64,000 nt of DNA from Lama glama (lineage: Eukaryota): the NCBI GenBank assembly GCA_028534125.1, contig CM052816.1:29514001-29578000 (forward strand). The letters run 5' to 3'. Positions 12,366 to 25,353 of the stretch are shown here, piece by piece (position 1 is the stretch's first letter; each line of letters opens with the position of its first letter). The notes beneath the pieces are model-generated. The model was given only the letters and a program-made list of their open reading frames with translations. It searched no databases and was not told the DNA's origin. Both the position numbers and the translations under genes were made by a program.

Positions 12366-13502
12366 CTAAAATGAGAAAATAAAATTGACTCATATTTATC
12401 TTCTGCAATAAAATGCTATATTCAATGGTAAGAATGACTGAAATAAGGTACTAACACACATTTTGGCAGATTAGATATGGAAGAGAGGTGGGCATAGAAA
12501 TCCAGAGGATTGAAAGGAAAGATGTCATAAATTTGTATAGCATTTCAACATAATTAGGTGGCCTTGGACAACAGGAAAAAAAGAGGGCAATCTAAGACAA
12601 AACTGTACTACTAGAACTTGAAATAATATTTATGACTTGTGATTTAAATAACTGCTACATCAATTACTGCTTTTGACTTAAACTTTACATAAAAAAAGTA
12701 CCTGAATATTGTAAAAATATGTCTGGGAGGAAAATTAATTGCTTTAAACCTTTGTATCAGGCCAATTTTGATATGGATATAACTAGACTTATTTTGAAAA
12801 ATTAAAATACACAAATTGAAAAAAAGTAAAATAATATTACAAAACTCAGCACTTTTCAGTTCTACACTCACATACTCCTGAGTCCTGATCCCACTTTCAA
12901 CTGTCAGCTATTCCTACCATTTACCTTCGAGAATCTAAGTAACATGCTTATTGCAAAATCATTTTTTTCAATTTTAGAAATGATCCACTGATTTACTACT
13001 ATGGAATATGAGAGTAAACTTCTCCTCTCTCCATCATTCCAATGTAGTCACATAATAACCGTTGGTTAAATTGGTTATTTTAGTGTCTACCTTGTTGTAT
13101 ATATGTAAATATAGATCACAGCTGAACTGCTTGATATACTATCACGCCCCTTTCTTTCCTGTACAACCTTTTCCTCCCTCAGAGCTAGTAATTACTAAGT
13201 TTTTGCATTTGTTTAGTTTCCTATGCATCAGCAACTACTAAATTCCCAATACCTTAGCTAGAGCTATAAATACAGTCTCAATACAGTCATTTATATCAGG
13301 CTCAGATACCCTGCTTTCCTGGATGCTGTCCTCCTAACAGCACCTAACAATATGACAGACCCATTCACAGATGGGTGCTTTGGTTAAAAGAACCCTATCT
13401 TCTACACCAAGAAGTTACTAAACTTCTTCACTATTTGAAAAAAATACAAAGCAGTAAATCAAAAGCAATTGCGATATTAGTGCATGTTAACATATTTATT
13501 AC

Positions 13503-13588
13503 CTGAAAGATCATGACCTGCAAAGGGATAGAAAGTCTTCAAATTGCTGAGTACCAACTGCACCATTGCCAAACGCATCAGTGACCAA
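13503..13588 (-). CDS. DMXL1: DMXL1 exon 26 (86 nt) WSLMRLAMVQLVLSNLKTFYPFAGHDLS
   Basis: ttttcag|TTGGT...TTTCAG|gtaata. Confidence 0.95.
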
Positions 13589-13619
13589 CTGAAAATAAAG
13601 CAACAGTAGGTCTGTTAAA

Positions 13620-14080
13620 AATTTACTTAGAGATTTAGAAGAGTACACCACTCTTCGTTCCAAGAATTCACTATTAAGAATCTACCCTGAAGATGTACCT
13701 CCACAAAAACATGTCAGTATTCTCCACAACAGCAAAAGAATAGAAACAATCAAATTACCCATCAGGAAAGTAATGGCTGAATAACTACAGTTTTGAATCA
13801 TGGAATATTACAGTAGCCATAAAAAAAGATCAAACAAGGATCTCTAAATGTTAATATGGAGTGAACTCCAGCAGGTATTAATAAATAAAAACAGGTTATA
13901 AACATTACATATAGTATCCTACCCGTTATCCTCTGTGTAAGAAAGAAGGGGAAGTAAGATTTTACACAGACACACACATATTTTTGAAACCAGAAGGATA
14001 AACCAGAAACTAGTGTAGAGGGTGTAGAGGAAGACTTGGGTGGAAGAATTATATGAGACTGTGGATTTTATATTTTCATA
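13620..14080 (+). mobile_element. Old L1 (L1ME-like) fragment
   Basis: aattcactattaagaatctaccctgaaga; atggaatattacagtagccataaaaaa. Confidence 0.6.
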
Positions 14081-14204
14081 TATATTCCTTGTTTTGGGGG
14101 GGGTGGTTTTCTTTTTTTAGCCAAAAAAAGCTACTTCGGTTTCTTTTGTTTTTTTTTCCAAGCAAAACATTTATTTCTTAGAGTGCTGGCTTTTTATTAA
14201 TCTA

Positions 14205-15085
14205 AATTCTGGTAAAAATACACATGACAAAGTTTACCATCTTAACGATTTTTAAGTGTATAGTTCAGTGGCAATAAGTATATTCACACTGTTGTGCAAC
14301 CATCACCATCATCCATTTCCATAATTTTTTTCATCTTGCAAAACCGAAACTCTATAAACATTGAACAATAACTCCCATTTCGCCTTCTCCTGGACCTGGC
14401 AATCCCCATTTTACTTTATATTTCTATGAATCTGACTATAGTAGGTATCTCATGTAAGTGGAATTATGTTAAGTACTTGCTTTTTGTGACTGGATTAGTT
14501 AACATCCTCAAGATTCACCCATGGTGTACATGTATCTGAATTTCCATCCTTTTAAATGCTGAATAATAATCTACTCTATATATACCACATTGTTTATTGC
14601 ATTTAATCTGTCGGCAGACACAGACACTGGGTTGCAGTTACCTCATGGCTATTATGAATAATGCAATTATGAACATGGGTGTATTGATACCTATTCAAGG
14701 CTGTGCTTTCAATACTTTTGGGTATATATCCAGGAGGGAAACTGCAAGGTCACATGGTAATTCTATTTTTAATTTGCGAGGAACTGACATACTGTTTTCC
14801 ATAATGTTTGCACCATTTTACATTCCTATGAATAGTGCATAAGGGTTTCAACTTCTCCACATCCTTGCCAACACTGCTATTTTCTGAGCTTTTTGATAGT
14901 AGCCAACCTAATGGGTATGAGGGGATCTCTCACTGTGGTTTCGATTTGCATTTCCTTAATGATTTGTGTTGTGAACATCTTTTCATGTGCTTTTTGGCCA
15001 TTTGCATATCTTCTTTGGAAAAAACATCTGTTCAAGTCATTGACCCATTTTTTAAATTGCGCTATTTTGGGTTTTTTGTTGGTGA
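14205..15085 (-). mobile_element. L1 (L1MA/MB-like) 3' fragment, antisense to + strand
   Basis: tttaagtgtatagttcagtggc...gtgcaaccatcacc; cacatccttgccaacact; gatttgcatttccttaatga. Confidence 0.9.
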
Positions 15086-15779
15086 GTTATACAGTCTGAC
15101 TTTTGAGCCATGTAAATATTTCATATATTCAAAAAGAAATTGAGGTAAACAGGGGAAAAAAACAAACAGTACACCAGGAAGTAAAAAACTCGATTTCTCT
15201 TTTCAATAAAGGAGTACTTCATTTTCCCTAATATAGTTACTGGTTTCTTTTGGAAAATTTATATTTTTCTGTCACACAATTTACATAATCATATTGTAAT
15301 AAAAATATATACACTTTTCAGATATAAACAACTTGTCAGCAGAGACAGGATAATACACCCTCACTGATGAATGTAAGGACAATGCAGCACTGAAGTTGAG
15401 GGTGAGCATTTTGAACATTTATGATTTTCATACATAGAAGCCATTTTCAAGACAGTAACCATTGACATCTTTGAGTACTAGTGTTTTACTGAAAAGACAT
15501 TAGATTTTTTTAGGCTAAAACAATGGGGTTTAGGGAGCAAAGGGAAAGAAATAATAAGATAGTAAGATCCGTGAGAATTGAAAAAAAGTATAGACTGTCC
15601 ATTCATGAATAATCAAAAATAAACTGTGGAATTATTGTCAAATAAGGAACTTAATAATTTCAACTAAAGAAATCTGAATTATAACGTGTTATAATTTACC
15701 AAGCTATTAATTTCATGTGTTATTTAAAAAAATACATAGTCAATTTTTAAAAAGAAGCTTAAAATTAAATATTCCATAC

Positions 15780-15910
15780 CTATATGAATTTGAATTAGAG
15801 TGCTCTTGGAGATGAAAATCTGAAGCTAAAACATCTTCATCTTCATCATCACTTTCCAGACTCTCCTCTGAATCATATTCTGCTCTACTTTGAGAAGGGG
15901 GTAGAAAAGG
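15780..15910 (-). CDS. DMXL1: DMXL1 exon 25 (131 nt) PFLPPSQSRAEYDSEES...EHSNSNSY
   Basis: attctag|CCTTT...ATATAG|gtatgg; acidic stretch. Confidence 0.95.
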
Positions 15911-16759
15911 CTAGAATAAAAAAGTTACAGAATTTATCATCTAACCATCTGATTAAATACATTCGATTATACAGTCTGGTATCAGCAATTTAAGCCATTT
16001 TCAGGCACTGCATTCTAAGAAAGCAAAGTAACCAGTATTTGGCTGTTGTTTCTTTAACATTCTATGCCTTCAACGTCACTTTACACAATTCCCTTATTTA
16101 CTTATCCAATCAAAGGAAAATTTTTAAGTATCCACTATGTATCAAAAGTATACCCAATATAAGAAATCTTAAGACATATACAGAGTCACTGCCCTCCTTG
16201 AACTTTTATTGTAGTGGAAAATAAAACAGGCAAATAATAGAAAACTAAACATAAATAGTATTTAGTTGTGTTATTAAAAAAGTAGTGTTGACAGAACGGA
16301 TGGGATTACTGTGAACTGGGAAATACTGTCAGAAACCAAGTTTTGTATTAGAGGGCAGAAATTTTACTATTATCCAAGTTTTATCACCTAGATAACTGAA
16401 TAGGTAGTTTAATATGTAAAAGTCCTATAAATTTATGTGTTTTTTTCAAAATATCATTACAAAATTTGTCTAATTAGAAGACTGTCTCTATCAATAATAG
16501 ATGTGTGTGTGCATGCCAATAAAACATGCACAAGTGTGCATACACACACACTCACAACAAGCCATTAGAGAAGTTCTAGTTTTCACTCCAGTTAATGGAT
16601 GACCACTCTCCTGCTTCGATTTTTGACATCATGGTGCTTGATAGGTCCTGTGGTTCAGGTTCTTCTAACTTACAGCGTTAAAGCTTTGAATAGATAAACA
16701 AGTGCCAAAAATAAATACTCTGCTTTCTTAAAAAAATAGTGCTGGGATTGAAATATTAA

Positions 16760-18150
16760 AAAAGTTGAGGTAAGCTGATTATGAAAGTTCTCTTTGAAAA
16801 GTGGCATTTAAGTGAAACCTAAAGGGCAAGAAGGAATAAGCAATATAAAAAGAGGGAAGCAAAGCATTTTAGGTAGTAGAAAGAAGATGTAGAAAGGTTT
16901 AACATGTGGAAGTGTGTGGTATGAAAAAATTAGTTTGGCTGAAGCGTAACGAAGAAAGAGGATAAGTGTTGGGAGAAAGCTGAAGAGAACAGCAGATGAT
17001 ACATTAGGTAGAGTTTTCATACAACACAGTAAAGAGTGTAACAGAATGCCACTAATGACTTTGAAGTAGAGGACAGGTATTGAGATTTATGCTTTAAGAA
17101 TATTACGATTATCACTATCTTATGAGAGTCAAATGGCAAGACTAGAAATGGAGACATCAGTAACTAAGGCAGGAACTGGCAGTCTGGATACAGGTGTTAA
17201 TGATGGAGATGGAAAGAAATAACACATTCATGGTGTATTTGGGGGGGAAGCATCGACAGATTTGCTATCAATTTGGAGAGCAAGGGAAAGAGAAGGAAAA
17301 GATGATTTCTGGGTTTCTGGTCTGAGCAACTATAAGGATGAAGATGTCATTTACTAACCTAGAAGGACTTTGGTTGTGAGAGGAGAAGTACTGCAGAAAA
17401 TAAACATCAAAAAGCCAAATCTTGAACAAGTTTAAGATTCACACACAGGTCAGGTAGAACAGGAAGGGTGAAAGGAGACTATGAAGGAATAAATAGTAAG
17501 GTTGGGGGAAGAAACAAGAAGACACTGGTATCAAGAGAATAAGAGAGAAAAGTAATTCAAAAAGGAGGAAATGATCACATGGGTTGAATATTGCTAAGAG
17601 GGCAAACAAGATAATGATATAGAAATTTGTTATATTTGATAATAGGATGCCACCTGGATCTCAACAACAGCAGTTTCAGTGGGTTAGCTGTATCAGAAGT
17701 CATACAATGAGTAAATATGAAAGGGACCAATGGTAATAGAAGGAAAATGTGTACACCATTTTGAAAAGTTGAATGAGGATGGGAAGCAAAGTAATGGGAT
17801 AATAGCTGGAAAAAGTTTTGGAGTCAAAAGCAAAATTTGGAATGGGAGACAGTAGGGCACATTTCCAGTCTGATGGGAAGGAGCCAACAGAGAGAAAAGA
17901 ACTGAAGACATACTAAAGAGTAGAGAAGAAAAGCAAGGATGGGATTCAGAATAGCACTGGAGTCTCTGATAGGAAGGACACTTCCTCGATAATAATGGGA
18001 GGAAAGTATAAAGTGGGAGCTTCACGACAGAATGATGAAAGAGTTTTGTCTGGTGTTTTTTTTTTAATTAAATGACTTACAAGATGAGGTCATCAGTTAA
18101 GAGTGAAGATGAAAGAGGAGAGGTGGGATGTTTGAAAAGAAAACTTACAA
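16760..18150 (-). mobile_element. LINE-2 fragments (degenerate)
   Basis: Purine-rich L2-like motifs (gatgatttctgggtttctggtctgagcaact); approximate limits. Confidence 0.6.
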
Positions 18151-19012
18151 CTTATAAAATCTTGGGTTCAAGGAAGCCCAATAAGAAACACAGGGAGGAC
18201 AGAACTGGAAAAGCTGAGTGAGGAGCTTAGTAAGTCCTCTCCCCTAAAAGTAGTAATAAAACTAAGTAATTTGTTGAAAACAATCATTTATAGATATTGG
18301 AAACTGACCAAATGCATACAATGTATAGAGAAGCATTTATTTAAGAAAAATCTACCGAATCAATAAAAGTGAGCATTTGGCATTTTGGCCAGGGGCTACT
18401 GCTACCCCCACCCCTGCCCTATGTGGCCCATTTGTCCTCTCAAGGCCAGCATGGCAGTTTGCGAGGACAAAGAACTCTGCTGCCAGACTAGTGGGGGCTG
18501 ACTTTAATAAGAATTCCGTGTCTAGCAGCTTTGTCAAAAATAAAAGAGTTCTAAGTAGCAAACAATTAGGGGAGGCTAACATCTCAACTAGCCTGAGGCT
18601 GTGACAGAGACTGGAGCAAGGGCAGATCAGTCGAAATTTAACAAGATCCAGGAACAAGACAACTACAGAAGGCTTTGCTAATCAAGAATCATATACACAG
18701 CAAAACTGTGCTTTAAAAAGAAAGATGAAATAAAGATATTCCTATATAAAGTACTCAATAAACATTCAGTGAATGAATCAACGACTCTGCAAAAGACAAT
18801 GTGCAACAAGGTGATATAAATGCCTTTCTTTATCCTGAAGCATGCAGGATACAAGATAAATAAAATATACTGCTTAACAGGCCTCAGGGATTGGTTCATC
18901 AGGAAATAGTGAGGTGTCAATTAATATAAGGAAGTAAGTAAGGAGAACATCCAGAAATTCAGGATGTGAGGGATCTGGCTGATCACAGGAGAAGCGTAAG
19001 AGATACACATAT

Positions 19013-20063
19013 AGGCAGTTCTTCCTTGGCTTGGTAGTGCAGGAATGTAAAAATAATGACACAAGCTGAAACTATGAAAAGCAACCTTAATAATTCATGA
19101 AAAAATTACAGTTGTTCTGTGACCATTCAAAAAATTTGTCAAAACACTAATAACCTTTACAGTCAGTTATAAATGTACAGGAAATTCCATAAAGTAAAAA
19201 TACTAGTATTTAGTACACTGTAACCAAAATATTAGAAACACTGAGAACTAAAGTGTTTTATTTCTATGAAATTTATCAAGGGTACTTTGAATAGTGCTTG
19301 CCTTCTTCTAACTTTATAACTCAGAATAGAAAGCAAGCATCTCTTTTAATCCTTAGCAAACTGTCATACTCCCTTTTAAGTTTGTATCAGCTTCCAACTT
19401 TTTACGTTTTGTACTTTCAACGTTGTGAAATATTACTTAAAGTTCCTTTAATGTGAAGTTTTTTGTCTATTTCACTTTCTTCGGGATATCTTCATCCTCT
19501 TGTCACATTTTCCTCATTTATGCTGATAAGGTGTCCTTCACTAGGTTCCTCTGGCTTCACATCTAAAGTCTCTCAAATGACAGCAACGGCAATATTCCCA
19601 GTTAGCTTCCTCTTCTATAGCTTTACTTACAGTGGGTTGCAATTTTACTTCCAGTGCTATCGCTTTTCATTTTTTGGTTCCCCTTTCATCTTTGTCAGCC
19701 AATTCCCTCTTCTGATTAACAAATTTTGTGAAATGTGACTTGGGTATATCACAGGAGATAAGGAGGCAAGACAATGACATGCTCTTCTGTCTGTGTATGA
19801 AATGAATACTGAGTAACAGGTACCAAATGACCAATCACCAACAGACTTTGGAAGAACGGTTGTGACTAGTCACTGATTGTCCGGTGCCTCTGTTACTTAC
19901 ACACAGATTTGTAGACCAAAGAGATAGCACGAAGTTTGTATTTTATGGGGTTAATCATATTTAATATATTGTGGTAACTTCAAATTTTAACTATGTTGTT
20001 GAAGTATTGATGTTATTTAACTAAAAACTGAAACCTCTGTATATCAGAACAGTGCAGGACTGT
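19013..20063. mobile_element. TcMar-Tigger-type DNA transposon (about 1 kb)
   Basis: Ends ggcagttct... and ...aggactg resemble degenerate terminal inverted repeats; interior resembles a recalled Tigger consensus. Confidence 0.7.
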
Positions 20064-20381
20064 GTGGAGTACAGAAAAGGAATTAGAGAATGGATGGTAC
20101 TTTGACTTCCTTGATTGTTAAAGTGTTAATCAACCTATTCTTTCATCTTACTAGGAACTTTGCTTTCTTTAAAATGCAAAAGTCATAATTTTTAAAAGAA
20201 CTGTATTAAATACTGGTTGAAATATGGCCAAAATATTTTAGGGTATATTTTGTCATAATGCAGCCTGATGAAAAGAAAATTTTCTAAACCAGTGTGAGAA
20301 AATATTGGGAAACACCAACAATTATGCTAACTTTAAACATTTTCATTTCTGTTTAAATGATCTGTATAACACTTCTATTAC

Positions 20382-20560
20382 CTTGGCAATGAAGTAGTCC
20401 CAGATACTGAGCTCAGGTGGGATGAATTTCTCTTTGACTGTCAGTGACTCCTGGCTTACTGGTGGTGAGGAAGAGGTCACTGGGGCAGATTCTCTGCAAG
20501 ACATTTTTGATGGCCTAAAACGTTTGCTCTGTTTCTCTCCTTCTTCCACTAGTGAAGAAA
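20382..20560 (-). CDS. DMXL1: DMXL1 exon 24 (179 nt) VSSLVEEGEKQ...SIWDYFIAK
   Basis: ttattag|TTTCT...GCCAAG|gtaata. Confidence 0.95.
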
Positions 20561-21356
20561 CTAATAAGAATAAAATAAAGTATTAATAAAATAAGTACTA
20601 TTTACCTGTACTGATTTCACTTATTTTTACATAAGACCTAAGATTAAATACAAATAAGTATATATACAAAACTGAGATTATTATTATGATAGGTAAGATG
20701 GTGTGAGAGAAAAATTACCTTGTATAGCAATTTTTGATTTTGTCTCAACTTGTCCCTTACTCTCTGAATGTAGTTAACAGGGTATAATATCTGCCTGTAA
20801 ATGAGCCTGTAATTTAGCTAAGACCCATGACAGAAAATTATCTACATGTTTCTAGTCTTTTTTTTTTAAGAATATCATGGGGGGTTGTGGAAAGAGTATC
20901 ATGAGATGTCAGCAGTAATTAAAGGCAACAACTCACTTATCAGATTCTTCACTAATCACTTGGCCTTCTATCTACTACAAAACTACATTTTTCACTGCTA
21001 ATGTAAGAAAAATTTAAACACCATAACTACTTACTAAACCGATTCAGACCTTTAGAAATGGCTTGAAGACAGAATTTTCTAGTCAATGGAGTAGCAAAGA
21101 AGGAGAAAATCCAATCTTTATTGTTTTAACTTCTAAATATTTAACAGTTAGCCAATATTCTCTTAGTATTTTACCTTAGAATATAGAATTACAAATAGAA
21201 TTACAAATCTGTAATCAACACTAAGCCACAAGATGCAAAACACCAGTAGAGAATCAAGGATCTCATGGACATAGGCATGATCTAGTAGAAAAGTAAACAA
21301 CTCCATATTGACACACCAGTATTCTCCTTCAATGGTTCCAGTGAGAATTTACTTAC

Positions 21357-21413
21357 CTTCCAAAGGAATACAAGTATTTGTACTGTAATACGATTTTGTT
21401 TTACTGCTTGAAG
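21357..21413 (-). CDS. DMXL1: Candidate alternative exon (57 nt phase 1-1, or 47 nt from 21403 phase 2-1) (ASS)SKTKSYYSTNTCIPLE
   Basis: Consensus donor AAG|gtaagt; open frame in phase with the next exon; weak acceptors; upstream TGCATG/GCATG. Confidence 0.4.
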
Positions 21414-24254
21414 CTACTCAGCTTGCATAAACAGCATGCTCATGCATTATATCAAGCTACAGCCAAGCCAAGTTTAACAGAGTAATTATTTCAGAAAAAA
21501 TGAAATTAACATCAATAAAATTAGTATACTAAGAGACTGCTAAAAAGTGGTATGATTAATACATAATCTTTCAAATGACTTTAAAAGGAACCATCAGATT
21601 CAATGTGTAATTTTTTTCTCTGTTCTTATAAGCAATTGATAAAAAATAATCATGCTTCTAATATCTGTTGCATGCATTTACATACATTCTAAAACTTGAG
21701 CACTGGTTTTACCAAATTCTCACTAAGTAAAAAAATTTAGAATACAGAGGTATTTTTTTATCTGTCAAAAACTAATGCTTTAAGATAAATTTATCATTTC
21801 ATTTTCACATTTCAAATTTATTATTTTACTGTTTTGCCTGTTTTGGTTTTAGATTATTAGAAGGCATGTAACGTGAACATAGATTCTTAGGAAAAAATAA
21901 AACTTACAAACAATGCTAAATTCACAGATTTTTACCAAGATTGCTATGTCATAATAAAGCAGAGTTTTCAAAAGCAAAACATAGGAAAAAGTTTGTTTAC
22001 AGAGAAAAACACTTGAAAGTACAGTGTGTAAACCCAGACACATGACAAGAAAATAAAAGATCAACCACACTGCGGGGAAATGTCTAAAATTTCAAACTCA
22101 ATTGCAGGAGTATAAAACTACTTATCAAAATACTTGTGATGAAAGGACAATAGGGGGAAAACGGCAAACAGGTTCATAGTACTGAATGTTATATTACGTG
22201 AAATGCTACAAGTAGAACGACCTAAGTGACACCTCTCAGCAAACAAGAAATGATGTGTGGCCTGGCATTGGGGTAGATCCCCCTTCTCCTTCAAACTGCA
22301 GTTAGACTTGAGACAGCTTTATGCTTAGGTCATGCTGGGTGTATCATGAAGCGCAGGGACACCAACAGAGACTGTACAGCTCTGAGTGCTTGACCATTTG
22401 TCTCTGAAAAGAGCTAGTAATAAAATATCAAGAACTGTGCAACTCCTTGGATAAAAACTGACTACTGTTTATTGTTAAGGTAGTGAATGGCCACTTTACT
22501 AGTAATAAAAGAAAAAGTCAGTATTAGGGAGAAATAAAAAGGAACACGGGTACAGATAGAGCTTAGGAATTGTAAGGGGCATGAAGATGCTAGAAAGTGG
22601 GTAAAGAAAAACTAAGGTATGCATCGGAATAACAATTCTTATAACTGCAAATATTATTATGAAACAATAAAAGTTCTTTAAAGATTTTGTTTCACTTTAC
22701 CATATGTAATAAAAAGTGAAAGTATGGATTTCTGTTTGCAGAAAAAAAGTAAGTTTTTGAAAACTGCTATTATTTAGCTGATTGTCCACTTTAAAAATTA
22801 ACCATAGCAACAAAATAATTCAGAACTTCATGAACATACGCTCACATTATAGTTTAATTAATTAGAAAAAATAAATCCCTCGTTAACAGGTAATGTGGAA
22901 ATCACAAGGTAGATTAAAATTAAAAAATAAGTTACTAATTTATGTACATTAACATTTTTGTTAAGAATTCTAACCTGCCAAGCTAAAGTCTAATAAAAAT
23001 CAACTGTCATGTTCCTATATTATTAAACTTAAGTCATATTTAAATTTGTCACTAAAAGTACATTAAGCATACAACATACATGCAGAGAGAAAAATAATTT
23101 AGTTCATAAGACCATCACTGTAAGAAAATTAAAATCAGAATTTACATCAGAACAAGGAAAACAAATGGTGATTTTTAAAATCCTCTTAAAGTACCAAGTT
23201 TAAGAAAACACTTTTTAAAAGACAGATTTTTAGGGGTTCTAAGCATGTATTTCACCTTCAATATACAATACATTGATACTGAATAAATTGTCAGGAAAAT
23301 GAAATATTCTAGACTTCTCAGTTTTCATTTGGCCAATTTTAAATACTAGAAATTTATATATATACATAAAAAGACTCTTGGCTGAATTCAGATCAACTTT
23401 TCTAAAACACACTATTTTACTCCCTTGGTCAACAATGTATACTGAATATTATTGAGTGAAGTTACACTCCTGGGACATCATGATTACGTTTTGCAATAAT
23501 TCAAACATGCAGGGTTGCTGCTTACTTATAACCTAAAATTTATCAAGCTGCCATGCTGCTGTAGTTGGTGTGCTTTCAGAACAACATAAGAATGCCTTCA
23601 AACCCTGAGATTTCAGAACTTTGCCTTATATTGAAAGCCATCCTTGCTTGTCTCCTGTCTTGGTTGATTTTCTATTCTTAGATTTTGTCTCTCCAACTGT
23701 CAGTTTATCCACTTCACAGGACTACTACTCCTAATTACTATTACTACCTTTACTATCTACCATTGCACTTTTCCTTTTTCTTTTGTTTTTCTATTTCTTT
23801 CTTTTCTGTCTGCTCTTACACAAACTAGATCAGCTTTAGAAACAGCAGGCCTTTGGATTCATCATTAAATGAATATACTCCTTTTTCCTGGTTAGCAAAC
23901 TGATGAATCAAATCATTCATGTTTTCTATAAATGCTCCTTTAGTTACATCCATGATTGATTGTATTCAGAAAGGTTCCTGGGTTCTCACAGACAGATGAC
24001 CACCATATAACCTGGGATGTGCTATATCCAGCCCTACCACTAAGTAAACCACATGTTTAAAGTATCCTATATTATTTGACTATCATGTTTCAATCCAAGA
24101 GATTAAATGTATAGATGCAGATAATTTTGTTCATTTTGATTATTTAGGATTTAATAAGTGGTGAGATAGAGTTTACGATATGGTATTTGTAATTATAGCT
24201 AAATCTGAGTGGTTAAACGAACAACCTGGACTTTGAGTAAGGTTGCTTATTCAC

Positions 24255-24294
24255 CTGTGCTCAGAAATGCTCCAGGAGTTGTTGAAACTGAGAC
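24255..24294 (-). CDS. DMXL1: Candidate alternative exon (40 nt, phase 1 to 2) GLSFNNSWSISEH
   Basis: tactaaccagtcagcag|GTCTC...CACAG|gtgaat; open in phase 1; weak pyrimidine tract. Confidence 0.35.
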
Positions 24295-25239
24295 CTGCTG
24301 ACTGGTTAGTAAGAATGTATTTTTAATTTTTTATAGCTATATAGACATTTGGTATCAAGAATTTATCCCTTTTTAACATTTTACATCAACAAGATCAGAG
24401 TCTTAAATCATTTTTTCTTAGAACATACTACAAAATAGGGCAAAATTTACCTATCAATTATTTATTTAAAACTAATTTTAGTAGACTTTATAAATCTTAC
24501 TCCCTCTTAGACTTTGAAAGTTTTTCTTTAAATGAATTCAAATATCTGAAGTTAAGTATATGTTCCAAGGTAAGTGTCTAAGTTAGCTTTTCCTTTTTTT
24601 TAATCCATATAAAAAATAAAACACAGGAAATTACTCTTTAAAAATCATAAAGAGGATGTTACACAAATTAAAATATTGTTAAAAATTTGAATACCAAGAT
24701 TATCACATATGGGTTAATAAATTACAAAAAGAAAACTTAGGCAGAAATCATCATGAAGATGTATAATACATATTGTTTCAATATTAGAGACTTTAGAAAA
24801 GAGGATACAATTGTTTAAAATATTTATTTTACATGGTATTATGAACACTTACAAATCTAAAACCCCTAATGGCTGGAATCATAATATGCAGAACATAAAG
24901 CAACCTTATTTGAAATGTTTTCCAGTCACTTCAAGTCATAGTCTGATTTATTCTGGTTAGCACTGACATTTCTTTATTTCTACACATTTAAAAATGTTAA
25001 AGTCTAAGGAATAGAAAATACCAAAACAAGTAATTTAAAAGCAGAATAAAAGAGCAGAGATGGTTTTCTAAAATGCTAATTGTTCTAAATCAAGAATATG
25101 GCTTGATTAACGGAAATTTTTCAATTCTCTGTTATAAATGCCAAACAAAATAAAACTTGCCCACTGTACCCCCAACCCCTCCAAAACAACACAAAGCAAG
25201 CTGAACTATAAAAGCCTATTTCTAAAGCTAATATCTTGC

Positions 25240-25353
25240 CTGCAAGACTGGGAGGGCTATGAGAACTGATGGTTGAAAGAGCTTTGGAAAAGCCCACACA
25301 TTCCATGGAGAATACCACTACCTGGTGGGGACTAGGCATAGCAAAGTACCTTC
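25240..25353 (-). CDS. DMXL1: Candidate alternative DMXL1 cassette exon (114 nt, phase 1-1, GC donor) GRYFAMPSPHQVVVFSMECVGFSKALSTISSHSPPSLA
   Basis: Acceptor cttctctcttctttctttggcag|G, donor CAG|gcaaga, stop-free in the frame set by the flanking exons; no transcript evidence. Confidence 0.55.

Noticed and set aside
18352..18657. GC-richer island with ORFs of 101 and 75 aa
   Set aside because: Resembles an old L1 5' region between other repeats; no phase-compatible splice sites or protein similarity recognised
21183..21208. 12-bp tandem repeat atagaattacaa x2, plus short hairpins at 26152-26169, 50402-50420 and 55081-55106
   Set aside because: Too short to be meaningful in AT-rich DNA
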